Below are positions 31,208 through 42,456 of a stretch of DNA of 64,000 nucleotides, in pieces. The stretch lies in the IMG/VR virus record IMGVR_UViG_3300025693_000001. One strand, 5' to 3'. A program made the position numbers and the translations under genes. The notes below the pieces were generated by a model. It was not told where the DNA came from and did not search any database. It was given only the letters and a program-made list of their open reading frames with translations. Each line of letters opens with the position of its first letter. Within the stretch, counting starts at the first letter, position 1. The stretch is from a virus. Its lineage: Duplodnaviria > Heunggongvirae > Uroviricota > Caudoviricetes.

Positions 31208-32707
31208 TTACTTTACTGACATATCCAAGTCAAGCGCTTTTAAGTTCTTTAACATTTGACTGGTTACGACTGTGTCCATATCACTGCTACTACCAAGTTG
31301 TCCTTTGGCGTTACCACTATACACTACTGTTGTTGGTACTTTACGTTTGGCGAATGCTTCTGCGTTGTCCTTATTCATTTGGACGATTGCATCTGTTTTC
31401 AGCTTCAACCCGTTATCTGCTAAGATTTTAAGCTTACGACTCTTTGCTTCCGCTTGAGCAGTAACAACTGTCGCTTTAGCGTCCACCTGTGCCTTTTCAA
31501 GTAAGATGTCAGCAGTTTTCTTGTCGATTTCCGCTTGTTCTTTTAATTGGTTGGCAACTGTGATTGTTAGCTGTTTAGCTGTTTCCGCTTTAGTTGTTTG
31601 TTCGATTTGATCAGCTCTCCAAACAGCTTGTCTTTCAGCTACTTCGCGATCACCTTTGGCGATTGCTAACAACTTCTGTTCTTCTTCTTGGATTCGACTC
31701 TCACGAGCGATGGCACGGTCAGCAGAAGCTTTTTGTTTTTTCTGCATTCGAGTGATAAACTCACTATTAGGATCCATGTTGGGAATACGAGCTTCGATAA
31801 CAGACACACCATAATTGGTAAACGCTTGTTTCTTACGAACTGGTGTCACACCATCAGCTTCCATAACCTTAACAACTTTGAAAATGACTTTTTTGTTATC
31901 TTCGTAATCGTCTTGCTTGTCACCTTTAGATGCGTTTGCGGAACTTTTGGTTGATTGTGTTTTATCAGCAACAACGAACTCTTCACGACGAACCAAGTAT
32001 ATACCGTTATTCATTTGGTTTTCGAACTCGGTAGCGAATTCTGTACGAGCACCAGCAAAGTATTCTTCGGCACTCATTAATGATGCGGTAGCTTGCAACG
32101 TCTCTTTAAATGCAGGAATTAGTGCAGTACGTAAGAAGTTAGCTGGGTTTCGATATTCGTGTGCTAAATGCAAAAATGTTTCTTTATCGGTTGGTAGTCT
32201 AAAACGTACAGAAGCGGAAGCATCAGCATCTACGTTGTCCAAGAATACGATATTTTGTGGTAGTAAGTTGGCACTAATAGCATTTTCGTTTTGTGAAATT
32301 TGATCTGCATTGCCAGCACCAGTGTTGTTAGCTGCTTGAACAGATACAGCTTTTTTCCAAGGTTCAATCTGACCACCACCATAATACGACCACCCAATAC
32401 CATCAACCACACGTTCCTGGTTGAACATTGTTCTTACGTGATACATATGTGTCGGTTGAGCATAAAACAACATGAAGTTGAATACGAAAACTGATAATGA
32501 AAGTGAACCCAAACCAAATAACGCTGAACCAGACCAGGCTGGTAGCGGAAACACTTCTGATTCCAACAAGGCTTCGATTTTTTCGTCATCGTACCCCCGC
32601 TCTTTGCCAGTAGCTCGCATTTTCGCTAAGTTGTTGTTGTGGATGCGTTTCCAGACGGAAACACCAATGATAGCCGCAAAACAAACTATCGTTAAAAATA
32701 ATGACAT
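31208..32707 (-). CDS. SPFH/band-7 (flotillin/HflKC-like) membrane protein
   Basis: Two N-terminal TM helices, then an SPFH-like core (FLRTALIPAFKETLQATASLMSAEEYF) and a long Ala/Glu/Lys coiled coil. Confidence 0.5.
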   Translation of the reverse strand: MSLFLTIVCFAAIIGVSVWKRIHNNNLAKMRATGKERGYDDEKIEALLESEVFPLPAWSGSALFGLGSLSLSVFVFNFMLFYAQPTHMYHVRTMFNQERVVDGIGWSYYGGGQIEPWKKAVSVQAANNTGAGNADQISQNENAISANLLPQNIVFLDNVDADASASVRFRLPTDKETFLHLAHEYRNPANFLRTALIPAFKETLQATASLMSAEEYFAGARTEFATEFENQMNNGIYLVRREEFVVADKTQSTKSSANASKGDKQDDYEDNKKVIFKVVKVMEADGVTPVRKKQAFTNYGVSVIEARIPNMDPNSEFITRMQKKQKASADRAIARESRIQEEEQKLLAIAKGDREVAERQAVWRADQIEQTTKAETAKQLTITVANQLKEQAEIDKKTADILLEKAQVDAKATVVTAQAEAKSRKLKILADNGLKLKTDAIVQMNKDNAEAFAKRKVPTTVVYSGNAKGQLGSSSDMDTVVTSQMLKNLKALDLDMSVK

Positions 32708-32955
32708 ATGTAAATCTCCAAAGTTAAAATTAAAATTACATCTTACATAAGATGTTAACCATATTATACTATGGAACTTAGATATATCAACCTATTCTTT
32801 TTCTGGTTGTTGAAATAGCTGCTCTACTTGATATAGATAGGCTTCATCAGAATCGGTAGCCCGTTTGAATACTGCTTCTTGTTCGGCAGTAAGTGGAGCT
32901 TCTTGTCGAAGCCCCAACTCTGATAATGCTTTTGTTACTTTTGCGTTTGATGTAG

Positions 32956-34050
32956 TCATAATAGGTCAGCAATAACTGCGATGCGAAGATTATCGATTGC
33001 TACACCAATTTGCTTACCTTCCAACGTATGATTGGCCGGTAGCGAACGAAACGATATAAATCTGATGAGGTTGTGTCCTTGTATAACGCGATCGTATATC
33101 AACGCCCCTGATGGATTCACTACACTAATGGCGGTTGAAATATCGTAGAGCAATTCAGAAGTTTTTATTGTTTTTAAAAATCCCAATACAGCCTCTGGTG
33201 TTACATCGTTGCTCACCAATTGCATAGCATGTTGAAATGCTAGCACATCTCTGATTACTGATGATGGTGCTCGTAGCTTTGTTAATGCGTCAGAAGCATC
33301 CAGCATCGGTCCAAATAATATCATCATTCGGATGGCGGTGCTGCAATTTCTGAGTGTTGCCGATCTAAACGATTTTCCATTTGCTACCAGAGTTTTTGTT
33401 AGCCCTGGTATGATAACATTCAATGCTCCACATCGATGGAGTATCCAAAAAAACTCCATTGCATTTGGTAGCTCGATTGCTTTAGCTGTTTCAGCCCACA
33501 CACGTTCGGGTACCAAATGATCCACTTCACCGTTTGTGGTCATTGTTGTCATCAATTGCATTGTTTGTCTGGTTACATTGAACCCATACTTAGCGTTGAA
33601 TCTAGCTATTCGCAACAATCGTACTGGATCATCCGCGAAATGCTCGGATGTGTGTTTTAGTGTTTTGTTAACAAGATCTTGCAACCCACCACATGGATCG
33701 ATCACTTTGGTAACATCATGTGTTGTTTTGAACTGATCCCAATCAGATAGCAATACTGCCATTGAGTTAATAGTTAGGTCACGGCGTAGTAGATCTTCGG
33801 CTAAGGTAACGGTGGGATTGAAGTTCGTTTCGAACCCATTGTAACCGTTACCGTTTTTCCGCTCGGTTCTAGCTAATGCGTATTCATCGCCATTGGGGCA
33901 TAAGAATACGGGAAAGTCCGCTCCAACTTGCTTGTAGCCTAACGACTCCATCTCTTCGGGCGTTGAACCGACAACAACATAATCGATATCGTTTACTGGT
34001 TGGTTTAGTAAGGTGTCTCTAACGGCACCACCAACTACATATATTAACAT
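32956..34050 (-). CDS. cca: tRNA nucleotidyltransferase (CCA-adding enzyme, class II)
   Basis: N-terminal MLIYVVGGAVRDTLLNQPVNDIDYVVVG (GGxVRD...DxD head-domain signature); 364 aa. Confidence 0.85.
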   Translation of the reverse strand: MLIYVVGGAVRDTLLNQPVNDIDYVVVGSTPEEMESLGYKQVGADFPVFLCPNGDEYALARTERKNGNGYNGFETNFNPTVTLAEDLLRRDLTINSMAVLLSDWDQFKTTHDVTKVIDPCGGLQDLVNKTLKHTSEHFADDPVRLLRIARFNAKYGFNVTRQTMQLMTTMTTNGEVDHLVPERVWAETAKAIELPNAMEFFWILHRCGALNVIIPGLTKTLVANGKSFRSATLRNCSTAIRMMILFGPMLDASDALTKLRAPSSVIRDVLAFQHAMQLVSNDVTPEAVLGFLKTIKTSELLYDISTAISVVNPSGALIYDRVIQGHNLIRFISFRSLPANHTLEGKQIGVAIDNLRIAVIADLL

Positions 34051-34089
34051 TATTTAATTCTCGTGTGTGGTTGTAATTTTGTGATGATA

Positions 34090-34581
34090 CTACCTTTTAC
34101 GGTGGATATCAACATCAGGCACACACCAATCATTGTTCCGTTTTGATTTACCATCGTATGGAACAGCGTATCCCCTCTCCAACATCCGTTGACCAACATT
34201 TACACCACCAATATACACATCACCAACAATTCTACCAGCGTAAGCACCATATTCAAGGTTTTTTACTGTCATTGTTCCGCCATGTCTGGAGTGTAGTAAT
34301 CGCAGATACGCTGTAGCCGCTCTTGCTCGCTTAGCTTCCAGTCTGCACTTTGCTCGTCCTAGCTTTCCGGTGACCACATAACTGGCAGCTGGATTTTCTG
34401 GAGTATCGATTCCGCGTATACGGACACTAACTTTATTCAGTGGTGCTGGTAACGATAAATTTGTTACAATGGTGTCTCCATCATACACCCGAATAATGGG
34501 TAGAATCAGCTCTCCACTATCAGCTTGCGCTGTGTGGGTAATCCCGAAAAGTATAGCGATTAATATTAAATGTTTCATCAT
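34090..34581 (-). CDS. Secreted thermonuclease (SNase-like)
   Basis: Signal-peptide-like N-terminus; YDGDTI ... VRIRGIDTPE matches the staphylococcal nuclease motifs. Confidence 0.7.
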   Translation of the reverse strand: MMKHLILIAILFGITHTAQADSGELILPIIRVYDGDTIVTNLSLPAPLNKVSVRIRGIDTPENPAASYVVTGKLGRAKCRLEAKRARAATAYLRLLHSRHGGTMTVKNLEYGAYAGRIVGDVYIGGVNVGQRMLERGYAVPYDGKSKRNNDWCVPDVDIHRKR

Positions 34582-35723
34582 GCGATTTTAAATATGGTCT
34601 TGTTAAGTGGTGTTTTTCCGACAGCGGTATATTTTCTACCATGGGGTAGTGTTCCTTCTTTGCGATCGCCACCCAATTCGCGAACTCGAAACCCGTCGTT
34701 GTTTCTAGCAATAACTTGAAATTGTTTACCACTAGGGGAGTGAAGAACATCACCTTTATTTGGTTCACCGTCTTGTGATTGTGTCCCAGTTTGTTTGGCG
34801 TGATCTGCATCCATTTTGCGTTGGAAGTTAGCTGAATCTTGGGTAATTGATTGTTTGTCAGCTTTTTGTTTGTTGAGATCGTGGCGAAGTTGTAAGTCGC
34901 TGTGATCATATTCGATTAAAAATTGCTTGAAAGATAGTGATTCATTGTCCATTGGTATTGTCCTTGATTTATCGCTCAATTGGAGCGTTGGTCTCGATTT
35001 ATTAACCCAAATATAACGAAAAAACTTCACGTGGTAACATTATCTGCTTCCACGTGAAGTTTTTGTTGTTCGTGTTAATGCTCGGCAATAACAATGAAGG
35101 CATCGTAAGTTTATATACTTGGTGTAGTATTTATCACAATGCTCGAAGTTCGTCCCGTAAAACTTCTGCTGCTTCTCTAGCTATATTGATGTCGGGTTCG
35201 ATTTCTTCTCGCTCCTCCAACGCTAGTAATAGTTCGTCGGTTAGTTCCAAAACATGGATTAGGAATTCGTTTCGTCCTTGCATACGTTTAATTCTCCGTT
35301 GAGTATGAGGTAATTTTGTAAATCATGATGTATGTATGGTTGGGGATTGTTAGAAGTTGGATTTGGGTTATCCGTAACCCACCCTTCCCAGTCTTGTTTT
35401 GAGTATCCAGCTGCACCAACACCACCACTGGCATTGGCACAACCAAGACATCCACACGCACCCGATTCGCACCATCTGTACCGCCAATCCATTGGCATTG
35501 CACTCATAATTGATGATAGCTCCATTACTATCCTAGTAAAATTTCTTGACCAGATGATGTTACAGGAACGATTACCATTTGGTCCCCTTCCTTGCACATT
35601 TTCGATCCGTGGTCGGATGCGATGGATTCAGATAAAAACTGTCCACCCATTAGTTGTCCGTTAATTTTTGCTGCGTAGTACTGAGTTGCCCCAGACATTT
35701 GATCTATGTCGTTGTTCATGATT

Positions 35724-36167
35724 TTAGTCCCATAAATGTATATTTGTTGTTACTGTATCGAATACACCATCGAGCATTTGAATAATAGGAAACACTTCTG
35801 TATCCCAATCCAAACCACCACGATCTGATCCGATTTTCGGCAATTGTACGTCAATACCATATTGTTCAGCAAACTCATAAACACTCATAAGTGCTGTTCT
35901 GATTGCACTGGGTGACGCATATTTCTTTTGATCTGTACCACACTCATCTTGAGTATAACAATTGGCAACATATAATAGATCACCAACTTCAATGGTATCC
36001 ACCATTCCTAAAGTTGATTTACTGTCCATATATACTTCGTATATGATGGGCCATTTGTTTTTAATTGCTAATGCAACACCTGATCCCATTTTTTTCTGAC
36101 AGTTTACACCGTGCGCTACGATTCCAGTTGTTGCAGTTGTGATATCTTTATGTATCTCGTTAATCAT
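35724..36167 (-). CDS. Macro-domain protein (ADP-ribose binding/processing)
   Basis: HKDITTATTGIVAHGVNCQKKMGSGVALAI resembles the macro-domain D-I-T...VNAAN...GGGV..AI pattern; 147 aa. Confidence 0.5.
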   Translation of the reverse strand: MINEIHKDITTATTGIVAHGVNCQKKMGSGVALAIKNKWPIIYEVYMDSKSTLGMVDTIEVGDLLYVANCYTQDECGTDQKKYASPSAIRTALMSVYEFAEQYGIDVQLPKIGSDRGGLDWDTEVFPIIQMLDGVFDTVTTNIHLWD

Positions 36168-36958
36168 TGTTGGTTACCTTGTAATTTAAAATTTATACCA
36201 TATAAACATTTACATTCGGCCGGTGGACAGCAGTCTGTATCTTCGCACATGCCACACATCGGACATTTGCCGATTACTTTGTGGTTGTTTAGTAGTGCTT
36301 GTTCTTTCGTAAAACACGTTTGTTTGCGAGCTCCACTCAACACTGGGTGTGAAAATAAACCCAATCCTGCAAACTCCCATCCATGGCTCAGTAATAACTC
36401 ATCATCTTGATCTTTTACAACACGGTTGGTGCTTGATATCCGAGAGTCTAAGAACGATACCTCATCTTGTGTGTGATTTTTCATTGTGGCTCCATCAAGC
36501 TTGGTATTGATTTTTCTGTCTTTGTTGGTGAGTGAACCATACCTTGGAATGCGATAATACGCTCCCCTACAGAGAACACTGACAACGCACCGTTGCATTG
36601 CCAACCTTGCTGAATCATCGCTTCACACACATCAGCCACATACGAAGGCGTACCTTCAATTATTTTATAATGTTCACTCATAGGTACAGTTGAGGCTCTC
36701 TGCCTTTTAAATCGTTTAGTGTGATCAATGGTAAGCTCATAAAAATATGATACAATGGATTTGATGTGGTGATACTTCCAGCATCATGTTCAAATCCACA
36801 TTCTTTGATTTGGTTCGTTTGTAAATCAACAACCAACAACGATTGTTCAACCATTCTAGCGATACGTGATTCGTTTGATATTGACGTTAAATCGTCGTGT
36901 GATAGTGCTACGCGATACATTCTGTTCTCAAATATAAAGGCATACATTAACAGTTCAT

Positions 36959-37405
36959 TCACCCCATTTTCTCCTGTATTATCTGTTTGATGATAGGTCC
37001 AGCGATTTGTCCATCCACTTGATCCGGAAAGGCTTTGTTTAACGCACCCATCGTTCTACCCATCAACTTCATGGAGATTTCCGATGATGATAAACTAGAT
37101 AACAATCCCGACGCGAATTCAGTAATCACTTCTTCTGATATTGTAGCTGGAATATATTGCTCGTACAACGCAACTTCATTTATTTCAGCATCAGTCAGCG
37201 GACGATATGTTTGATTGTCTCGAACGCCCTTAATGAATTTCTTGACAACCTTCATAACTTCATCGTCAGTTGACTCACGATTACCATCATTCTTACCTAA
37301 GATGGCAGCTTCGCCGTACAGTGTTGTTAATGTTGTTGCGGCAGCTTTATTTCGGTCCTTACGGAATTGCAATCGATCTGCAGCTATTTGTGATAATAAT
37401 GACAT
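36959..37405 (-). CDS. yqeY: GatB/YqeY-domain protein
   Basis: C-terminal MGRTMGALNKAFPDQVDGQIAGPIIKQIIQEKMG against YqeY MGKVMGAL...GRADGKLVNQIVKEKL; the N-terminal half is also collinear. Confidence 0.75.
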   Translation of the reverse strand: MSLLSQIAADRLQFRKDRNKAAATTLTTLYGEAAILGKNDGNRESTDDEVMKVVKKFIKGVRDNQTYRPLTDAEINEVALYEQYIPATISEEVITEFASGLLSSLSSSEISMKLMGRTMGALNKAFPDQVDGQIAGPIIKQIIQEKMG

Positions 37406-37415
37406 ATTGTTGTTC

Positions 37416-37868
37416 CTATTTGTGTGATTTTAGATTGCGCAATGTTATTGTCGCATCAGTATCAAGTGTGTTTTCGTCATGGACGCTTTTTTTTGGCTTT
37501 TGCTCTGGTTGTATCTCTCGCTTGGGAAACATTTCTCTCCACCGTTTTTTGATTCGTGAGTTCGCTATGGCTACGTCATCATGCCATTCAAAATCAAAAA
37601 ATATCACCAAAGATGTGACTAATCCAATTACCAATCCTATCATGGCAATTATGATTTCGGGTTGTGTAAACCCTGATATCACTGTAAGCCTGTCGATATC
37701 CTTCGGGTTGTGTGGCACACTAACAACCAAACTGATAAATTGCCATCCAAAACTAATCCAGTACCCTATCACCGGAAAATGTCTACATTCGTTGTGATTT
37801 GACAATGCTACTATTGTGAACGTAATAGTAGTGAGAAAGATCATACATATAAAAAAAGTTAATATCAT
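37416..37868 (-). CDS. Membrane protein (150 aa, 3-4 TM)
   Basis: Hydrophobic helices; stop overlaps the NAMPT start region. Confidence 0.4.
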   Translation of the reverse strand: MILTFFICMIFLTTITFTIVALSNHNECRHFPVIGYWISFGWQFISLVVSVPHNPKDIDRLTVISGFTQPEIIIAMIGLVIGLVTSLVIFFDFEWHDDVAIANSRIKKRWREMFPKREIQPEQKPKKSVHDENTLDTDATITLRNLKSHK

Positions 37869-39289
37869 AATGTGTTAGTTGTGTTGAATCTAGTAGTACG
37901 AACTTCTTCCAATGTTGTAGTTCGCAATATTTTACCATTTAGGTACACAGGAGTGAGCATTTGTTCATCCATTGTTTTTGCCCCAATACAATCTGTTGTA
38001 AATTTACCTGCATCCGAACGGTATAACATTAATTGTCCACGTTTCGAGCGTTTACCGGTATCGGTAATCGGATCTTTGAATACATCGACCCACTCACCAT
38101 TGATAAATGCAGCACTTGCTTTATATGCCCATCTGCCAGTATCTCGATCCAGTTGTTGTAATAACGCACCACCCTGTCCAAATAATACATTTTCCGCACT
38201 GAACTTGTATCCAACCATCTTCGATAATATAGCATCAATGCTTTTGGTTGTAATGCCATCACCTTGCAACACTCGAACATGTTTTAGTACTTTATAGCCT
38301 TTGGTATTACGGATGTAACCGAATGCGGATTCAAGCAACAACATAATTTTTGTTACCACGGTTGCTGGATCACCACTATCAGGTCTGATAACTAGCCACC
38401 CATCACACTCAATAACCAATTCTTTCAGCTCATCACCCCAGATATGTTCAACTGCATTGAAAATATCGTACGAGTCGGATACCACAGAGAATGCGAAGAA
38501 CTTGTCTCCATATTGCTTCAACATATTGCGATATGCTTCTGTCTCCCGTCCCTTGCCCCATGTAGTAATTGAACTGTGTTCGGATGCTGGTACAGATTTT
38601 CCTGACATCTCATGCGAATATTGTCTATTTGCGTGAACTATACCTGGTACATTATCAGATCCTTTGAAATTTACCAAGTGTGCAGCTCCACCAATCATGG
38701 CACTTTCCAGTGAACTAACACCACGCGATCCGAAGTCATGCAACATAAAATCGATAGCATCTTCCTGTTCTTGTCCGGTTAAGTCGGATGTTGATTTCAT
38801 GTAACTCGTAATTACTTTTCTGGTGGTCCAGCTGTTGGTTGCTACTGTAGTTGGATACCACACACCACGTAATATCGATGGTTCGACGTGTGATGGTAAC
38901 CAAAAGCATTTCGGATCAGTATTAACGATAGTAACCAGTGCATTGCTTACCGGTACAACAGTACCTTCCGCCACCGACTTGATTTTTAACGGTAAGTAAC
39001 CGTTGTGCTCTTTTAATATGTGTTGCCATCCTTCTTTGTTGAATGGTTCACCATGAGCAGGCCAGAACAATTCCGCTTCGTCAATCATTTCTTGTGTGAT
39101 TGGTTTGCTCATGTATTCTTGTAAGAACATCTGCAATCCGAAGAATACCGTTTCATCGTATACCCCACCACGCGATTCAATATAGCAGTGAACATACTCA
39201 ATACCAGGGGGATACTGCAACCAATGGCTCGCTTTATATGAATCTGTGTTTAGTAAAATGTTAAAAACTGCGTGTTGTAAAAAGTTCAT
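37865..39289 (-). CDS. nadV: Nicotinamide phosphoribosyltransferase (NAMPT)
   Basis: Collinear with NAMPT across its whole length: FNILLNTDSYKASHWLQYPP, GWQHILKEHNGYLPLKIKSVAEGTVVP, LHDFGSRGVSS, AAHLVNFKGSDNVPG, IRPDSGDP, VLQGDGI, KRSKRGQL. Confidence 0.95.
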   Translation of the reverse strand: MNFLQHAVFNILLNTDSYKASHWLQYPPGIEYVHCYIESRGGVYDETVFFGLQMFLQEYMSKPITQEMIDEAELFWPAHGEPFNKEGWQHILKEHNGYLPLKIKSVAEGTVVPVSNALVTIVNTDPKCFWLPSHVEPSILRGVWYPTTVATNSWTTRKVITSYMKSTSDLTGQEQEDAIDFMLHDFGSRGVSSLESAMIGGAAHLVNFKGSDNVPGIVHANRQYSHEMSGKSVPASEHSSITTWGKGRETEAYRNMLKQYGDKFFAFSVVSDSYDIFNAVEHIWGDELKELVIECDGWLVIRPDSGDPATVVTKIMLLLESAFGYIRNTKGYKVLKHVRVLQGDGITTKSIDAILSKMVGYKFSAENVLFGQGGALLQQLDRDTGRWAYKASAAFINGEWVDVFKDPITDTGKRSKRGQLMLYRSDAGKFTTDCIGAKTMDEQMLTPVYLNGKILRTTTLEEVRTTRFNTTNTL

Positions 39290-39313
39290 TATAGAAATCC
39301 TCTATGTTTGCGT

Positions 39314-39336
39314 GGGATATCGTCTATCGATATCCC
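39314..39336. other. Perfect 9-bp hairpin GGGATATCG-TCTAT-CGATATCCC between HNH and nadV
   Basis: Inverted repeat seen directly; no adjacent T-run. Confidence 0.5.
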
Positions 39337-39394
39337 TTGTGCGTTAAAAATAAAAAGCATCACCTGTAACTGCAATGCTCGACAACTGGTTTTG

Positions 39395-40009
39395 TTAGTC
39401 ACCAATGAAAGCATTGACGATGTTGGTTGAGTTTAGTGCCGTTGTTACTATATCCAATATATCTTCCGCAGTATTACCCTCTTGTTTCAATTGCCAAATA
39501 GCAACTTGTATGTGTTCGGTTGGTGTTCCGTTGTTTTTTATCCGATTGGCTCGATTCGATATAATGTTAATATTATCCATTGTATATCCGTTTTCGGGTA
39601 TGAGTCTATCAGTGGACGGAGAATTATCCGTCATTACTCCTTCGATTTTATCATATACTATCGGTATATGAAGTACCGGACATAGATGCACTGTTCCATA
39701 TATTGTTCTAAATTCTTCTTTTGTCAACAAAAACAAAACATTCTTTTTTTTTGCCCGTTGTTTAATTTCATTGTATATTTCACGGGATCTATTAAACACC
39801 CTATTGTGGGTAACACGAATATCACGAGCAACCTTACAACAAATTGGACAGCTATTGTCTTTTGTGTAAAATAATACTTTTCCGTGTTTTTTACAGATGT
39901 GGCGATAATATGTGGCATTGCGTTGTTTTGCTTCCACTAACGTTTCAGCTACATCGTCTGTCGTTTGATATAATATATCCCACCGTTGTTTAAAGTTTAT
40001 CATTTCCAT
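39395..40009 (-). CDS. HNH homing endonuclease inserted between nadM and nadV
   Basis: CKKHG...CPIC zinc finger, then ...IPENGYTMDNINIISNRANRIKNNG (HNH_3-type motif). Confidence 0.6.
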   Translation of the reverse strand: MEMINFKQRWDILYQTTDDVAETLVEAKQRNATYYRHICKKHGKVLFYTKDNSCPICCKVARDIRVTHNRVFNRSREIYNEIKQRAKKKNVLFLLTKEEFRTIYGTVHLCPVLHIPIVYDKIEGVMTDNSPSTDRLIPENGYTMDNINIISNRANRIKNNGTPTEHIQVAIWQLKQEGNTAEDILDIVTTALNSTNIVNAFIGD

Positions 40010-40018
40010 GTGTGGTCT

Positions 40019-40046
40019 CCTGGAAGAGATAATGCTCTCTTCCAGG
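40019..40046. other. Perfect 11-bp hairpin CCTGGAAGAGA-TAATGC-TCTCTTCCAGG between nadM and HNH
   Basis: Inverted repeat seen directly; lies 8 nt after the nadM stop. Confidence 0.5.
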
Positions 40047-40053
40047 TTATTTA

Positions 40054-41091
40054 TTACAACCGTCCCAACATATCAAAAATAATATCGTAGTGATCTTCAA
40101 ACAATTGATCGCGCATTTCTTTAATTGTGGTAATCGGAATCCATTGTGCTTTTTCAGCATCATCGCTTCCTTTCACTTTTGGAAGTCCACCTGGTGGTAA
40201 TTCGATACCGTAAGCATGTGTTATAGTTCTACCCCGTAAACTTCGGGCAGGGTGATCGTACACCTCTTGTATTTTGATATTCCCCCGTAATATAGGATCG
40301 GGCACCTTAATTTTAGTCTCTTCTCTTAATTCCCGTAACATAGCATCAATGAGAGTCTCGTTTGGATTTACAAACCCCCCGACAATAGCCCACAATCCTT
40401 TTCCTGGAGCCGATCGCCGTTTTACCAATAACACGTGTCCTGATTGCACCACTACAGCATCAACTGTCACGAAGATTGGTTCATATGGAGCTACAGCCCA
40501 AGCGGATTTATATTTCTGTATAAATTCATATTCATATTTCAGTTGTTCGAAGATAGGTTTTAGCTTCCATGCCAACAAGTATTCGTGAATAGCTTTTGGT
40601 AATGTTGGCATAACTTGTTTGCTGAAAAAGTCTGTTGAGTGTTCAAACAAAGCGACACGGATGTCAGTTGCGTGCAAGTCGTTGATATTAGGAACCTCAA
40701 CATGCTTCCATTGAGGAAACATTTTTAAGTAGAATGATGTGTCATCTTTAGTGTGACCGATCATTCCGATGTGGCTTCCTTCGGTGCTTAACGTTTCGAC
40801 CATTTTTTGGACTTGTGTAACCCAACGTTGATTGTTGTAAGCATCATCCGCAATGGGTGCAAATTGTACTCTGAGTTTTTCGCTATGAGATAGCGAGTTG
40901 CTGATCATTTCCGCACGTTCTTGCCATGACCAAGGATTTTTGATTGTCTTTGGTTGAAATGACGATCCGATTAGTATTATAACATTTTTGGATTGTTGTA
41001 ACGCAATTTTGATTGTTTCGATGTGTGCCAAGTGAGATGGCTGAAATCTACCAATGTACACGAGGTAGTCGTATTGTTCTTCTGTATTCAT
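40054..41091 (-). CDS. nadM: Bifunctional NMN adenylyltransferase / Nudix hydrolase (NadM-like)
   Basis: N-terminal YLVYIGRFQPSHLAHIE ((H/T)xGH-type nucleotidyltransferase motif); C-terminal Nudix box GGFVNPNETLIDAMLRELREETKI. Confidence 0.9.
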   Translation of the reverse strand: MNTEEQYDYLVYIGRFQPSHLAHIETIKIALQQSKNVIILIGSSFQPKTIKNPWSWQERAEMISNSLSHSEKLRVQFAPIADDAYNNQRWVTQVQKMVETLSTEGSHIGMIGHTKDDTSFYLKMFPQWKHVEVPNINDLHATDIRVALFEHSTDFFSKQVMPTLPKAIHEYLLAWKLKPIFEQLKYEYEFIQKYKSAWAVAPYEPIFVTVDAVVVQSGHVLLVKRRSAPGKGLWAIVGGFVNPNETLIDAMLRELREETKIKVPDPILRGNIKIQEVYDHPARSLRGRTITHAYGIELPPGGLPKVKGSDDAEKAQWIPITTIKEMRDQLFEDHYDIIFDMLGRL

Positions 41092-41144
41092 AGGAAATCC
41101 TCCTAGGTTATTGTTATGCGATGAGTCTATCTCATCGCTGTTAT

Positions 41145-41699
41145 TTATGGACAGTACAGGCCATAGCCAAATTGTACGTTAAGACCCTCATTCCAAAACC
41201 CATTAATAGGTGGTGGCGGATCAAATGCTGCAAATGCTGGATCAGCAATTGCAATGTCTTGAGCCATTATATACTCAAGATCGGGTAATGACAACTGCAC
41301 AAACCACAACCACAGGTCGATAAAGTGTCTAAATCTATCGTCTTCGTTGAAGTAGTACACATCATTACCATCATACATATAATGTCCTTTGATGAAATTA
41401 TCAACAAGAGGACAATCCAAATCAACTAATATATCATACGTTTCTTGATATGTGAATGGTTTGTCATACTCTGTTGCAATTCGATACAATTTATCCACTC
41501 GCCAGTCCCGTGCGACTTCGGTATAATCCTCGTTGTGATTGAAGGATATTCCAGTCATCTTGCATGATGCTTTGTATGCTTTTTGTATATCATCCACCGT
41601 TTTGTTGGTTCTGATACCAAAGTTGGTTGTTTGACTGTGACCATCACTGGACCAATCTCCAAGCACCAATAGCATATCGTGTTGATCTACCTTACTCAT
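41145..41699 (-). CDS. Hypothetical protein (184 aa)
   Basis: Clean ORF overlapping the next gene by 8 nt. Confidence 0.4.
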   Translation of the reverse strand: MSKVDQHDMLLVLGDWSSDGHSQTTNFGIRTNKTVDDIQKAYKASCKMTGISFNHNEDYTEVARDWRVDKLYRIATEYDKPFTYQETYDILVDLDCPLVDNFIKGHYMYDGNDVYYFNEDDRFRHFIDLWLWFVQLSLPDLEYIMAQDIAIADPAFAAFDPPPPINGFWNEGLNVQFGYGLYCP

Positions 41700-42456
41700 A
41701 CTGACCTACCGGATAACATTGTTTAGAATCTTTACAGGCATATAGCATCCCCGATGAATGTGTTACTAATTTAATTGGTTTAAAAATTATTGGTGCTTCG
41801 TCTTTTAGTGATGGGTCGCTTGTTGCTATTTGTCCATCATCACCTTTAAACAGATATATTGGTGTTTTGCTTCGTATGCGATTGCTTAGGTATTCGGTTT
41901 TAAACCGTCTACCTTTGGTGTTCACTTGTTTTAGTGTTTGGACTGCATCTTCTGATTTTGTTGAAGTTGAACTAGTGACACTGATGTTATCACCGACAAA
42001 CGAAAAGAACATAAATGCTACGAATATCCCAACAAACAAACTTTCGGTAAATATCCAAACCACCACGAAGATGACACAAGTAACCAACACAAAACCTGTG
42101 TTTACTGAAGAGCTATCATCACTATCGGTGGTTTGTTCCACCACTTCCGATATGTCAGCCTTAACGTCTGGTCGTAATTTGCTCATGTCTGCTTTCACAT
42201 CAGCTTTGATGGCATTCAATTCCCGCTTCGTGTCATCTTGGATGGTTTTTATATCTTGTGTTATAGCGATTGGTGTTTCCGGTATGACAGCATCCATGTG
42301 AATATTCGCAGCAGCCCACCCAACGAACACACCAGTTCCGATAACGTACAGTATCAATGGCATATCCAACTCCAGTAAGAAATCAAAAAACATAGTGCCA
42401 ACAATTAATGCAAAGTACAGCAGAATCATAGTTCCCATCATTTCACCCGATAACAA
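41692..42456 (-). CDS. Membrane protein with charged central segment (254 aa)
   Basis: Two N-terminal and two central TM helices; repeated KADxxK segment. Confidence 0.45.
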   Translation of the reverse strand: MLSGEMMGTMILLYFALIVGTMFFDFLLELDMPLILYVIGTGVFVGWAAANIHMDAVIPETPIAITQDIKTIQDDTKRELNAIKADVKADMSKLRPDVKADISEVVEQTTDSDDSSSVNTGFVLVTCVIFVVVWIFTESLFVGIFVAFMFFSFVGDNISVTSSTSTKSEDAVQTLKQVNTKGRRFKTEYLSNRIRSKTPIYLFKGDDGQIATSDPSLKDEAPIIFKPIKLVTHSSGMLYACKDSKQCYPVGQYE

